Under the pieces are notes generated by a model, which was not told the DNA's origin, did no database searches, and saw only the letters and a program-made list of their open reading frames with translations. The position numbers and the translations under genes were made by a program. 64,000 nt of DNA from Nitrosopumilus sp. (lineage in GTDB: Archaea; Thermoproteota; Nitrososphaeria; Nitrososphaerales; Nitrosopumilaceae): assembly GCA_029861785.1 (NCBI GenBank), contig JAOTYR010000001.1, positions 2,636 through 66,635 on the forward strand, written 5' to 3'. Of the stretch, positions 37,885 through 48,420 are shown one piece after another (within the stretch, counting starts at the first letter, position 1; the number at the start of each line of letters is the position of its first letter).

Positions 37885-38806
37885 TGTCCTCCACCATTTT
37901 TAAGAAAATTTCTTCAAGGTTTGTTGGAACCGCAGAAAGATCATCGATTTCAATATCATTTTCATTTAAAATTTTTAATATTTTCATTAACACCAATTCT
38001 GATTGTTCAGAATGTATTATGATATTTGTCCCAGTATCGAAATCGATTTTGCAGTCAGGAATATCAGAAAGATATGATTTAATTTCTTGTTGATTTTTTA
38101 ATAGGTGAATTTTTATTGTTTTTTCCTTACCAAATCGGTTTTTTAAGGCATTAGGGGTATCAACTGCAAGAATCTTACCTTTGTCAATTATTGCTATTTC
38201 ATCACAAAGATATTCAGCTTCAGTTAGAATGTGTGTGGTAAAAAATATTGTTAAGCCGGTTTTTACCTTATTTTTCAAATAATCTAATAATTTTCTTCGT
38301 GCACTAGGATCTAAACCTACAGTTGGTTCATCTAAAAATAAAAGATCCATATCGTGCATAAATTCACGTGCTACTTGGACTCGTCTTCTTTGCCCAATTG
38401 ACAAATCTTCATTTCTTTTCTTCCGAATTTCGATTAAATCAAAATCCTCCAAGAGTTTTTCCATCCTATTTTTGCGCTCAATATTGGGCACATTCCACAT
38501 CATTCCATATTTCTCAAGAGATTTTTCTACAGTTAATGTTGGTTCATAGCTTGGTTGCTGTAAAACTACTCCAATTTTATGACGCAATTCAAGAGGATTT
38601 TTTATGGCATCTATACCTAAAATATTAAGAGAACCACTAGAAGGTTGAATCAGAGTTGTAAGAAGTTTGATCGTTGTAGATTTTCCCGCCCCATTGGGTC
38701 CCAGAAATCCAAAAACTTGGCCACTTTTTACAGACATTGTGATATCATTAACCGCTTTGACAGATCCATAAGATTTCGATAAACTTTCAGCATTGATACA
38801 CAACAT
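37868..38806 (-). CDS. ABC transporter ATP-binding protein (DrrA/CcmA-like)
   Basis: Walker A GPNGAGKST, signature LSIGQRRR, Walker B LLFLDEPTVGLD. Confidence 0.9.
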   Translation of the reverse strand: MLCINAESLSKSYGSVKAVNDITMSVKSGQVFGFLGPNGAGKSTTIKLLTTLIQPSSGSLNILGIDAIKNPLELRHKIGVVLQQPSYEPTLTVEKSLEKYGMMWNVPNIERKNRMEKLLEDFDLIEIRKKRNEDLSIGQRRRVQVAREFMHDMDLLFLDEPTVGLDPSARRKLLDYLKNKVKTGLTIFFTTHILTEAEYLCDEIAIIDKGKILAVDTPNALKNRFGKEKTIKIHLLKNQQEIKSYLSDIPDCKIDFDTGTNIIIHSEQSELVLMKILKILNENDIEIDDLSAVPTNLEEIFLKMVEDNVSNN

Positions 38807-38861
38807 GACCCAGTTCCGATCTGCTTACTAATTTAGGTAATGAAATTTTTATTAATAGACC

Positions 38862-40277
38862 ATGTTTACAACCAATGAAATGTCTGAATTTGAAAATCTT
38901 TTGAATAAATTACTTGAACAAAAACCAGAACTATCTAGGTCTGATATTGAAGAAATGATTCAACAGAAAAAAGAAAAAATTGGTGCAGGGTATCTAACTG
39001 ACCAAGGGGCAATTTTTTTAATTGCCTCTGATTTTGGGATATCACTTTCTGAACCACTAAAAGTAGAAATGGGGTTAAAGGATCTTTATGCCGGTGCAAA
39101 AGAAATTTCCTTAGAAACTAGGGTTCTTAATATGTCCCCAGCAAAACAATTTTCCAGAAAAGATGGCTCTCCATTTTACCTGAGAACCATGACAGTTTAC
39201 GATACTAACTCTACTGCTAGTGTTAAATTGTGGGATGAGAAAGCAAATACTCCTGGAATTGAAAATATCAAACCTGGTGATCTGGTAAAAATTATCAAGG
39301 CATATGTAAAATCAGATCTCAATGGAGATCCCACTATCAATATCGGATCAGGTTCTAATTTACAAACTGTAGATACTGAAAGTGAAATTCCAAATATAGA
39401 CAATATAACAAAAGATGTAAGTGAATTAAAAGAAGGACAAAAAGATTTGGTAATTTCAGGAATAATAGATGGAATGATTACCGGTATGGAATTTACAAAT
39501 TCTCGAGGACAGCCTGGTAAAGCTCTTAGAATGAGGCTGAAAGGAAAAGATGGAAATGCTATGAAGGTGGTACTGTGGGGACAAGATGAATCTAGCATCC
39601 CAAATATGATTTCTCAAGATGCCAAAGTTAGACTCCTTGGTGTTAAAGTAAGATCAGGGAATCAAGGAACAGAGATTCATGGTAATGAGTCAACTATAGT
39701 TGAAATTGAAGGAGGTAAAGAAGCAGAACCCATTATCAACAGAATACTTTCGATTTCAACAAATGAAAGTGGAAATAAAATGATATTAGGAGTTGACAAA
39801 AATAAAAAATTATTCAATATTAGTGATCTCTCAAATTCTATAGGAATTTTCAATGAAGGTGATGTAATAGAATTAATGCCATCAAAAGCTTATGGAAATT
39901 CTGTTACATTAGATGATAATTCATTTGTTAGAAAACTAGATGAGGATAATACAATCCCTTCACTGTCAAAACTTAGAACAAAAATAAATGATGTAAAAGT
40001 AGATGGAAATTATTGTATTGAGGCAATAGTTTTGAAGGTTCCAGAAAGACGAGAAGTCCAAACTAAATCAGGTGAATCTATTGCATTGTCTGAAATGTTT
40101 GTTGAAGACGATACTGGTCAAATCTGGGTTAAAGGTTGGAGAAATCAAGCAAGACTAATTGAAAAATGTGAGCTTGGAGAAATTATTTCCATAACTGGAC
40201 TTAGTGGTAGAGCTGGACTTGAAGGTAGAATAGATTTGTTCTTAACAGCTTTTTCTAAAATTACAAAGAAAAATTAA
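38862..40277 (+). CDS. RPA-like single-stranded DNA-binding protein with four OB-fold-like repeats
   Basis: Four repeated segments of ~90-100 aa have the OB-fold pattern (e.g. ISLETRVLNMSP...RTMTVYDTNSTASVKLWDEKA...GDLVKI and YCIEAIVLKV...SEMFVEDDTGQIWVKGWRNQA...GEIISI). These follow a ~60-aa helical N-terminal domain. Confidence 0.6.
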   Translation: MFTTNEMSEFENLLNKLLEQKPELSRSDIEEMIQQKKEKIGAGYLTDQGAIFLIASDFGISLSEPLKVEMGLKDLYAGAKEISLETRVLNMSPAKQFSRKDGSPFYLRTMTVYDTNSTASVKLWDEKANTPGIENIKPGDLVKIIKAYVKSDLNGDPTINIGSGSNLQTVDTESEIPNIDNITKDVSELKEGQKDLVISGIIDGMITGMEFTNSRGQPGKALRMRLKGKDGNAMKVVLWGQDESSIPNMISQDAKVRLLGVKVRSGNQGTEIHGNESTIVEIEGGKEAEPIINRILSISTNESGNKMILGVDKNKKLFNISDLSNSIGIFNEGDVIELMPSKAYGNSVTLDDNSFVRKLDEDNTIPSLSKLRTKINDVKVDGNYCIEAIVLKVPERREVQTKSGESIALSEMFVEDDTGQIWVKGWRNQARLIEKCELGEIISITGLSGRAGLEGRIDLFLTAFSKITKKN

Positions 40278-43027
40278 GAATCCCAAAATCCCCTCGTTAC
40301 TACATATTGTCTTTCTGCCTCATAGATTTGTTTAAATATTAATTCTTCATCAACCATATTTCGTAAGATTCGGGCACCAGTATCGGCACCCACACCATAT
40401 CCAGATAGTACCATAATAGCTAATTTTCCAAAATTTTCTATGAGTGAGGCCACTTTCCAGGCTCGGTCATACTTGTGTTTTTCATCTCCAGATAGTTTTT
40501 TTCCTTGATGCTTTTTACGAATAATTTTTGGGAGATCATAATCTGAGTAAAAGGTAGTGGTAATTTGTCTTGATTTACAGTATGGGCAAATTAGAAGATT
40601 TTTTACTTCTCGTGTTTCCACAACCCTTTCCCATTTTCCACACCTTGCACAAATTAATCGATGTTTTGTTTTTGCAAGCCTAGCCTTAACAAGATCAAGT
40701 ATACTTTTATCGAGATTAATCGGAGATGAGTAATATTTTGCGGTGTGATCTAAAATAGGTTCTGCTAATTTTGAAAACTTATCAACTTCTAACCATTTAA
40801 TTTTGATAATATTTTCCTTAATTTTTTTTAAAATCATTTCAGTATTTTTTAGATCATATTTATCATGAAATAGTTCTCTTAATGCCTCAGCTACTAATGG
40901 AGTTTTAGAATATCGTTCATATAAAAAATGGGCTGATTTTTTTTCATAAATTGCACCTCTTCTTACTACGCCAAATTTTTTTGCAACGCACCAAGTTCTC
41001 CAATTTACATTATGTGTTCCTGTTAAAGAGACTGTGACCATTGAATACAAATCATAATCATCGTTTATTACTTCAAGAAATAGTTTTTCGGAGATTCTTG
41101 ACCTTGAAGATAAAACAATTCTGTAACCATCAGATCTAGAATCAACTAAAAATCCAAGGATTGAAGATAACATCGAAGAAAGTAAAGTAGATAGTGTTGA
41201 ATTTATTTTTGTTCCAAAACATGAATGAATAACTATTGCACCTTGGGATCTACAAGATTCAATTACCATAGTATTTTCATCTGGGATATCCTTAAGCGTT
41301 AATTTTTCAATAGTTTGATTGATTAACTTCAAAGAACCATTTTTTACCTTTGTTCTAAAATGGCCTACTTTTTTTGCTGTATTATAGTCAATAGGGATAC
41401 TTTCTCCTTCCCAATAGGGAACAGTTATTCCACCTCCTCTAAATGGTTCAACATTTACGGTAAATGATTTTTCATCAACATTAAGAATTCTCCATTGTGA
41501 TCCCTTGAGAACAAAAATATTTCCAGAATCACCAAAATCTCCTACAAATCGTTGGTCCAATGATCCTATGATTTTTTTCCCTACACTATCAAAAACTTTG
41601 AATTTAAGAATATCAGGTATTGTAGACAGATTTTCAAAATAATATTTGAACGCACCACCTTTTTTTCTAAAACTCATTTCAATCCTGTCGAAAAATATCA
41701 GATAATTTGAATCAAGTAAATCTAAAACACTTACCAGGTCTTTCAGTTTTAAATTTCTAAAAGAATATGATTGAGTTATTGTTTCGTATGCTGTATCTAC
41801 AGACATTTCACCTAATTGCATGGTCATCCCTACTAGATGATGAGCTAGTACATCTAAAGAACCAGAATGTATTTTTTGTGGTTCAATAGAACCTTCTTTT
41901 ATTCGATCAAGTATTGCTTTAGCTTCAAATTCATCATCAAAATTATTTGTAATAATCAAACCTCTAGCTGATTCATTTCTATTGTGTTTACTTCTCCCAA
42001 TTCTTTGCACTAATTTTGAAACTTGTCTTGGGGAACCATAATGAATCACCAATTCTACTGAACCAATATCTAATCCCAATTCAAGTGAAGAAGTACAAAC
42101 AACGATACCTGATTTGCCTTCCCTAAGTGAAATTTCCGTATCTTCTCTTACTTCTTTTGATAATGAACCATGATGTAATTCAATGTTAATAGAAGATTTT
42201 TCCTTTAAAATTGAAGCCAAAAATTCTGCCTCACCTCTGGTGTTAGTAAAAAGTAGTATTGGAGAATTCTGATTCAAGTTTATAACATATTCAATAATTT
42301 TATCAGCAACATCTGAAATTGTTCCATCTACAAATTTTACTTCTACATCATAATCTCTTACTGACGAATCTCTAATTATTTCACATTTTCTTTTAGTTCC
42401 AACAACAAATTTACCAGCTTCTTCAAAATTACCTACAGTTGCAGATAGTCCGATTTTTGTTAGAGGATACTTTGAATTTAGTTGAAGTCTCTCTAAGCTT
42501 AATGATAGTTGAGAACCTCTTTCACTTGCCAGTAATTCATGAACTTCATCTATTACAATCCATTCAAGATCAGATAATGCATTCAACATCTTAATTTGAG
42601 TAAGTAAAATTACTAGAGTTTCAGGTGTGGTAATAAGAATATCAGGAGGGTTTTCAGTTATTTTCCTTCGTGCTTGCTGAGTAGTATCGCCATGTCTAAT
42701 TTCTATTGAAAGCTCCTTACTTTTTGCATATTTTGTAATTCTTCTAAAAACATCTCGATTAAGAGATCTTAATGGAGTAACGTAAAGAACTTTAATTTTA
42801 CCTAGTTTTTTAGAAGTTTTAACTAGGGAGAAAATTGGAATTACAGCACATTCAGTTTTTCCCGAACCGGTAGGTGCAATAACCAGACAATCTTTTTTTC
42901 TCAATATTTTTGGAGATGCCTTTTTTTGAATTTCTGTAAGAGTGGTAAATCCTAGATTGCCAAATAGGGAGTGAAGATTGGAGTTAGGAACTAGTTCTTT
43001 CGACTGTTTTTGATTTTGATTTTTCAT
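40274..43027 (-). CDS. lhr: Lhr-family ATP-dependent (DEVH-box) helicase
   Basis: Walker A APTGSGKTECA, DEVHEL box, helicase C motifs (HHGSLS, RIGRSKH) and a long Lhr-type C-terminal region with a zinc ribbon (CARCGKW...CPYCKS). 917 aa. Confidence 0.85.
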   Translation of the reverse strand: MKNQNQKQSKELVPNSNLHSLFGNLGFTTLTEIQKKASPKILRKKDCLVIAPTGSGKTECAVIPIFSLVKTSKKLGKIKVLYVTPLRSLNRDVFRRITKYAKSKELSIEIRHGDTTQQARRKITENPPDILITTPETLVILLTQIKMLNALSDLEWIVIDEVHELLASERGSQLSLSLERLQLNSKYPLTKIGLSATVGNFEEAGKFVVGTKRKCEIIRDSSVRDYDVEVKFVDGTISDVADKIIEYVINLNQNSPILLFTNTRGEAEFLASILKEKSSINIELHHGSLSKEVREDTEISLREGKSGIVVCTSSLELGLDIGSVELVIHYGSPRQVSKLVQRIGRSKHNRNESARGLIITNNFDDEFEAKAILDRIKEGSIEPQKIHSGSLDVLAHHLVGMTMQLGEMSVDTAYETITQSYSFRNLKLKDLVSVLDLLDSNYLIFFDRIEMSFRKKGGAFKYYFENLSTIPDILKFKVFDSVGKKIIGSLDQRFVGDFGDSGNIFVLKGSQWRILNVDEKSFTVNVEPFRGGGITVPYWEGESIPIDYNTAKKVGHFRTKVKNGSLKLINQTIEKLTLKDIPDENTMVIESCRSQGAIVIHSCFGTKINSTLSTLLSSMLSSILGFLVDSRSDGYRIVLSSRSRISEKLFLEVINDDYDLYSMVTVSLTGTHNVNWRTWCVAKKFGVVRRGAIYEKKSAHFLYERYSKTPLVAEALRELFHDKYDLKNTEMILKKIKENIIKIKWLEVDKFSKLAEPILDHTAKYYSSPINLDKSILDLVKARLAKTKHRLICARCGKWERVVETREVKNLLICPYCKSRQITTTFYSDYDLPKIIRKKHQGKKLSGDEKHKYDRAWKVASLIENFGKLAIMVLSGYGVGADTGARILRNMVDEELIFKQIYEAERQYVVTRGFWDS

Positions 43028-43103
43028 AAACCATTACGCCGACTAGCCCAATTGCAAATAAAATTACTGTAATTACTGGAATAGAATCAAAAATTCCCGC
43101 CAT
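42984..43103 (-). CDS. Possible 39-aa single-pass membrane micro-protein
   Basis: ATG ORF MAGIFDSIPVITVILFAIGLVGVMVYEKSKSKTVERTSS with one clear hydrophobic helix and a basic tail. It fills the gap between the RadB-like gene and lhr and overlaps the lhr start by 44 nt in another frame. Confidence 0.3.
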   Translation of the reverse strand: MAGIFDSIPVITVILFAIGLVGVMVYEKSKSKTVERTSS

Positions 43104-43125
43104 AGGTTAATTATTTCCATCATCA

Positions 43126-43785
43126 TTAAAAATCTTCAGTATTTTCGGATAATCCATGCGTGTCTATAATATAAGAAAAGGTTTGGTGGTTTAATAACCA
43201 ATTTACTTCTCCGTTATATTTTGATGAATTTTTAGATAATTTAATTTTGATATGTGTAAAAATATCTACAGCCTTTTTCATATTTTCCACTTGTTTATCA
43301 CCAATATTTCTAATCATATTGGTAATAACAATTGGAATATTATCGGTAATTGCAATTGAAGAAAGATCATGAAGGTGTTTCATGAATAAAGCATTTTTTT
43401 TATATGTAGAATTTCCAGTTTTGTATTCATAAGAAAATAAATCTGTAATATTATCAATTGCAATGAGCGAATAATTTCCTTTTCTTAGATTTTTAATGGA
43501 ATTTATCTGCTCAGATGTATTTGTTACTCTAGAAACGGTAATTTTATCTAAAATATCAAAACCAAAATTTTGATTTTTCTTCATCTCTAGAATACGTTCT
43601 GGTCTAAATCCACCTGTTGTATCTAAATAAAGAACAGTTCCACCTTCTCTTATGGCATTGATTGAGATTTGGAACAATAATTGTGTCTTACCCGTTCCAT
43701 TCTCACCATAAATATCGGTGATGACGCTTGAAGGAATTCCACCTGATAGAAATTCATCTAATTTTTGTAAACCTGTAGAAATCAT
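43126..43785 (-). CDS. RecA-superfamily ATPase, RadA paralog (RadB/aRadC-like)
   Basis: ISTGLQKLDEFLSGGIPSSVITDIYGENGTGKTQL (Walker A), then YLDTTGGFRPERI. Short (219 aa), with no N-terminal HhH domain. Confidence 0.75.
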   Translation of the reverse strand: MISTGLQKLDEFLSGGIPSSVITDIYGENGTGKTQLLFQISINAIREGGTVLYLDTTGGFRPERILEMKKNQNFGFDILDKITVSRVTNTSEQINSIKNLRKGNYSLIAIDNITDLFSYEYKTGNSTYKKNALFMKHLHDLSSIAITDNIPIVITNMIRNIGDKQVENMKKAVDIFTHIKIKLSKNSSKYNGEVNWLLNHQTFSYIIDTHGLSENTEDF

Positions 43786-43894
43786 TTATTTAATTAAAGA
43801 AAAACGGGGGAAAAATTTAAGGAATTTCATTATTTCGCAAAGAGGCAAGGCTTTTATTCAAGATAACAACGATGCCAAATTAAGTGAATAATTA

Positions 43895-44137
43895 GTGTCA
43901 CAAAGTAGCGCAAAAAGACCATTGACCATGCTTCAAAAAAGCACAAAGAAAAAAGTTACTGTTAGACTGAAAAATGAAGTTGAGTACAAGGGCAAAATGG
44001 ATAATGTTGATTCTTATATGAATCTGATTATGACTGATGCAGAGGAACTTCAAAAAGACAAAGTAATTGCAAATTATGGTAGAGTAATAGTCAGAGGTAA
44101 TAACGTTTTATTTATCAAAATCGAAAATGAACTCTAA
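43895..44137 (+). CDS. Sm-like (LSm) archaeal protein
   Basis: Sm1 (VRLKNEVEYKGKMDNVDSYMNLIMTDAEE) and Sm2 (VIVRGNNVLFI) motifs. 80 aa. Confidence 0.85.
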   Translation: MSQSSAKRPLTMLQKSTKKKVTVRLKNEVEYKGKMDNVDSYMNLIMTDAEELQKDKVIANYGRVIVRGNNVLFIKIENEL

Positions 44138-44152
44138 GATTTAGTGGTCCCT

Positions 44153-45319
44153 ATGACTAACAATTTTCTGTTTACATCAGAATCAGTCACTGAAGGACAT
44201 CCAGATAAAATATGTGATCAGATTTCAGATGCTTTTTTAGATGAATTTTTAAGACAAGATCCAAATTCAAGAGTAGCTGTTGAAACTCTTGTCACAACTG
44301 ATTTTGTAGCCGTTGCTGGAGAGGTAACTTCAAAGGCAGATTTTGATAAAAAAGCACAGGAAGAATTAGTGAGAAAAACCATTAGAGAAATTGGCTACAA
44401 TAATAAAGATTTGATGTTTGATACTGATTCGTGTGAAATTACCTTAAGACTTCATTCCCAAAGTCCAGATATTAGCCAAGGAGTTACAGCAACAGAAGAA
44501 AAAGAACAAGGGGCAGGAGATCAAGGCCTAATGTTTGGATATGCAACAAATGAAACAGAAGAATTTATGCCAATGCCAATTTTGCTTTCTCAAAAACTTG
44601 CTCAACAGTTGGCTAAAGTAAGAAAAAATAATGTTTTACCTTGGGTTAGACCAGATGGAAAAACCCAAGTTTCTGTGAGATATGAGAATAATAAACCAAC
44701 AAAAATAGAAACAATTGTAATTTCAACTCAACATTCTCCAGAAGTTTCTCAAGAAGAAATAACAAGAGAGATGATAGAAAAAGTAATCAAGCCGGTATTG
44801 GGAAATCTTTGGAATGATAAAATAATAATCCATATCAATCCAACAGGAAAATTTGTTATTGGAGGTCCACATGGTGATGCCGGACTTACTGGAAGAAAAA
44901 TAATTGTGGATACTTATGGTGGTTTTGGAAGGCATGGAGGAGGTGCTTTTTCAGGAAAGGATCCCTCAAAAGTTGATAGATCAGCATGTTACATGTGTAG
45001 ATATATTGCAAAAAATATTATTGCTGCAGAATTAGCAGAAAGATGTGAAGTACAATTAGCCTACGCGATAGGAGTAGCCGAACCTGTATCTCTTTATGTC
45101 AATACTTTTGGAACAAGTAAAATTCCTGAAAAAGAGATTGAGGAAATTGTAAGGAAGAATTTTGATATGAAACCCTCAGGGATTATTTCAAGTTTAGATT
45201 TAAAAAGACCTATCTATCGAAAGACCGCCTCATATGGTCATTTTGGAAGAAATGAGCCAGAATTTAATTGGGAAAAGACCGATAAGGCAGATAAATTAAA
45301 GCAAGATGCCAGACTTTAA
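44153..45319 (+). CDS. metK: S-adenosylmethionine synthetase, bacterial/eukaryotic MetK type
   Basis: [33 protein letters not shown] and [16 protein letters not shown] signatures. The ATG at 44153 is preferred over the GTG at 44144. Confidence 0.95.
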   Translation: MTNNFLFTSESVTEGHPDKICDQISDAFLDEFLRQDPNSRVAVETLVTTDFVAVAGEVTSKADFDKKAQEELVRKTIREIGYNNKDLMFDTDSCEITLRLHSQSPDISQGVTATEEKEQGAGDQGLMFGYATNETEEFMPMPILLSQKLAQQLAKVRKNNVLPWVRPDGKTQVSVRYENNKPTKIETIVISTQHSPEVSQEEITREMIEKVIKPVLGNLWNDKIIIHINPTGKFVIGGPHGDAGLTGRKIIVDTYGGFGRHGGGAFSGKDPSKVDRSACYMCRYIAKNIIAAELAERCEVQLAYAIGVAEPVSLYVNTFGTSKIPEKEIEEIVRKNFDMKPSGIISSLDLKRPIYRKTASYGHFGRNEPEFNWEKTDKADKLKQDARL

Positions 45320-46171
45320 TAATTCTTGGATAGATTGAAAAGAGATTTTTGAAATCTTTTGTAATTTTTTGTGATCACCCGAAAAATCTCCAACCAGAAG
45401 ATTTAGATCATCAACTCCAAATTCGCTATGAGGATTTGATATTGCATCATGATAAGCAGATTCTAGATTTATTTTTTTTATTTTAGCTTTAGTTTTCTTT
45501 GAGAAAAGTGTAACATATTTTTGAAATGAAATTGATTCAGAACCTACAAGATCGAGAATTTGTTTATTGAATTTATTCTCAGATATTGCCTTAGAAATTA
45601 TTTGAGAAACGTCTTTAATGTGGATTGGTTGAATAGAGTATTTTCCGCTTCCAGGAATTTGGATCTCTCCTTTTTTGATTTGTTTTTTAAGATATTTTGT
45701 AAAAAGGTCATCTTTTCCAATAATATAAGATGGTCTGAAAATGGTGTAATCTAAGCCAGATTCAATTATCAATTTTTCTGCCTGATATTTTGAAACAAAA
45801 TAACTCATTGAACTTGATTTAGAAACTCCTAATCCGCTTGTGTAAACAATTTTTTTTATGTTTGCTTTTTTACATAAATGAATAATTTTTTTTGTAAACT
45901 CTACATTAATTAAATTATAATTATTTTTAATAGATTGTTTTCCTATTCCAACAAGATGTATTAGACCATTTGAATTTTTTATTTTAGGAAGAATTATTTT
46001 TTCATTATAATCCTTAGAAACAATTTTAGTTTCATTTTTTAATTTCTTAAAGTTCTTCCTAGATATTGAAATTAACTCTATATTATTTTCAGAGAGATAT
46101 TTTCTAACATTTTTTGCCACAAATCCACTTGCTCCAGTGACAACTATTTGAAAATTTTTCGTCATACTCAA
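45296..46171 (-). CDS. NAD-dependent epimerase/dehydratase-family (NmrA/complex-I 39 kDa-like) protein
   Basis: N-terminal [13 protein letters not shown] Rossmann motif. 291 aa. The 3' end overlaps metK by 24 nt (convergent). Confidence 0.75.
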   Translation of the reverse strand: MSMTKNFQIVVTGASGFVAKNVRKYLSENNIELISISRKNFKKLKNETKIVSKDYNEKIILPKIKNSNGLIHLVGIGKQSIKNNYNLINVEFTKKIIHLCKKANIKKIVYTSGLGVSKSSSMSYFVSKYQAEKLIIESGLDYTIFRPSYIIGKDDLFTKYLKKQIKKGEIQIPGSGKYSIQPIHIKDVSQIISKAISENKFNKQILDLVGSESISFQKYVTLFSKKTKAKIKKINLESAYHDAISNPHSEFGVDDLNLLVGDFSGDHKKLQKISKISFQSIQELLKSGILL

Positions 46172-46238
46172 TTCTAAAAGGATTTGATTTTAAATATATT
46201 CTAAAAAAGTAAACAAGAATTAATACATCAATAGGAAC

Positions 46239-47336
46239 ATGGTTATCGTGGAAAAATCAGATAAAAAAAAATTAAAAACAGGATTTACCACAGGAACTTC
46301 TGCTACGGCTGGAGCAATAGCTGCTCTTTTATCAATAATTAAACAAAAAAAAATCCAAAATATTGACGTTAAATTACCTAAAGGGAATTTTTTAAAAATT
46401 CCAATTCATCTATGCAAATTTGATAAAAATAATGCCCGATGTTCTGTAATCAAAAATGGGGGGGATGATCCAGATGTTACTCATGGTGCTGAAATTATAG
46501 TTGATTTAATCTTAACAGAAAAGAAAAATGAAATCGAGATAGAAGGTGGAGAAGGAGTTGGTATTGTAACTAAACCTGGATTAGGCTTAGAAATCAATAA
46601 ACCTGCAATTAACCCCGTTCCAAAAAAAATGATTAAAGAAAACTTGATGTCGACTGCAGGTAATCTGCTATCAGAAAAAGGGATCAAAATTACCATTTCT
46701 ATTCCAAAGGGAAAAGAATTAGGTCCAAAAACAGATAATCCTAGAATTGGAATATTACATGGAATATCTATTTTAGGAACAAGTGGTATTGTCATACCAT
46801 TTTCTACTGCATCATATGCAGCATCTATCAGACAAAATCTAGATGTTGTAGTTGCAATGGGAAATGATACAGTTGTTCTTACAACTGGCGGAAGAAGCGA
46901 AGATTTTGCTAAAAAAATAATTGATTTACCAGAACATTGTTTTGTTCAAATGGGAGATTTTTCAGGATATTCTATCCAACAATGCTCAAAAAAAAATATC
47001 AAGAAAGCATATGTTGTGGGATTTATTGGCAAATTAGCAAAAATGGCGGCAGGAGTAAAACAGACTCACGTCAAGGGATCTAAAGTAAATATGAAATTTT
47101 TGTCAGAGTTAGCTAAAAATTGTAAGGCCAATGAAACAATAATTGATACCATTCAAAAAGCAAATACGGCCAGACATGTATTAGAAATAATTAAAGAAAA
47201 TCAAATAGTTGGGTTTTTTGAGCAGATTTGTGAAGAAACATTCAAACAAATGAAGAAGCATTCAGACGGAAAGATTTCCTTAGAAGTGATATTATTTGAC
47301 TTTGATGGGAAAATTCTAGCAAGAAAATCCTATTAG
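46239..47336 (+). CDS. cbiD: Cobalt-precorrin-5B (C1)-methyltransferase CbiD
   Basis: LKTGFTTGTSATAGAIAAL N-terminal signature. 365 aa. Confidence 0.85.
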   Translation: MVIVEKSDKKKLKTGFTTGTSATAGAIAALLSIIKQKKIQNIDVKLPKGNFLKIPIHLCKFDKNNARCSVIKNGGDDPDVTHGAEIIVDLILTEKKNEIEIEGGEGVGIVTKPGLGLEINKPAINPVPKKMIKENLMSTAGNLLSEKGIKITISIPKGKELGPKTDNPRIGILHGISILGTSGIVIPFSTASYAASIRQNLDVVVAMGNDTVVLTTGGRSEDFAKKIIDLPEHCFVQMGDFSGYSIQQCSKKNIKKAYVVGFIGKLAKMAAGVKQTHVKGSKVNMKFLSELAKNCKANETIIDTIQKANTARHVLEIIKENQIVGFFEQICEETFKQMKKHSDGKISLEVILFDFDGKILARKSY

Positions 47337-47370
47337 CAAGGTATTTTATTAATTTTAGAACTTTCCAAGT

Positions 47371-48420
47371 GTGGAAAAAGTTTCGGTTCTTGCAATTACT
47401 AAAAATGGAATTGTTATTGGATCTAAATTAAAAGAAATTTTTCCTCATTGGAATGTTTATGCTCCATCAAAATTTTCAAATGATGAGGAAATAAATTGGT
47501 ATTTTAATCCTACATCGGAAAAAATTATCGAGTTATTTAAGAATAGTAATGCCTTAATTTGCTTATTTTCATTAGGAGCAGTAATTAGATTAATAGCCCC
47601 ACATTTGAAAGATAAAAAAACTGACCCTGCAGTTATTGTAATTGATGACAAAATTAATTTTGTAATCAGCGTGTTATCAGGTCATTTAGGTGGTGCTAAT
47701 GAGCTAACAAAGACTATCGCTGAAAAATTAAATTCCAAAGCAGTAATTACCACAGCAGCAGATGTAAACAAAACCATTGCAGTTGATCTTTTAGGGAAGG
47801 GTTTTGGATGGAAAATTGAGGATGATTCCACAGTAACAAAAATAAGTGCCCATATGGTAAATGAAGAAAAAATTGGAGTGTATCAAGATGCAGGAAAAAC
47901 AAATTTGCTTAAAGAATTGCCAAAAAATGTGAAAATTTATGAAAGCATGGATGATTTGAAAAATTCACATTCCAAAGGAAATTTAATAATTTCTGACCGA
48001 ATCGTGAATTATGATTTCATTGATAATTCGGTGATTTATCGTCCACCTAGTTTAGTAATAGGAATTGGTTTGCATAGGGATACATCAAAACAAACAATCA
48101 GGGATGGAATTGATGTTTGCCTAAAAAAATACAATCTAAGTCAAAAATCTATTTCTAAATTAGTCTCAATAAAAAAACCAAAAGATGTTCAAGGTTTGGT
48201 GGATGTTGGAAAAGAAATGAAAATTCCAGTTGAATATGTAGATAGAGAAGACCTGGCAGAAGTTCCAACACCTAATCCCTCTGATACAGTTAAAGCATTT
48301 GAGGGTACTTCAAGTGTATCTGAAGCTGCTGCAATCAAAGCCTCTGGAGGCAAATTAATTGTGGAAAAGCAAAAATTCCCGCCTAATTTGACCATAGCAA
48401 TAGCGAGGATTTTAGATTGA
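47371..48420 (+). CDS. cbiG: Cobalt-precorrin-5A hydrolase CbiG
   Basis: CbiG N-terminal and C-terminal domains (GIGLHRDTSKQTI...VSIKKPKDVQGLVDVGKEMKIPVEYV). GTG start. Confidence 0.8.
   Translation: MEKVSVLAITKNGIVIGSKLKEIFPHWNVYAPSKFSNDEEINWYFNPTSEKIIELFKNSNALICLFSLGAVIRLIAPHLKDKKTDPAVIVIDDKINFVISVLSGHLGGANELTKTIAEKLNSKAVITTAADVNKTIAVDLLGKGFGWKIEDDSTVTKISAHMVNEEKIGVYQDAGKTNLLKELPKNVKIYESMDDLKNSHSKGNLIISDRIVNYDFIDNSVIYRPPSLVIGIGLHRDTSKQTIRDGIDVCLKKYNLSQKSISKLVSIKKPKDVQGLVDVGKEMKIPVEYVDREDLAEVPTPNPSDTVKAFEGTSSVSEAAAIKASGGKLIVEKQKFPPNLTIAIARILD

Noticed and set aside
45296-45319. Convergent 3'-end overlaps: metK/epimerase 24 nt, cbiC/cbiA 12 nt at 49789..49800, and pelota/cutA 4 nt at 21476..21479.
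   Set aside because: These are real in the sequence but typical of a highly compacted genome. There is no evidence that they are regulatory.
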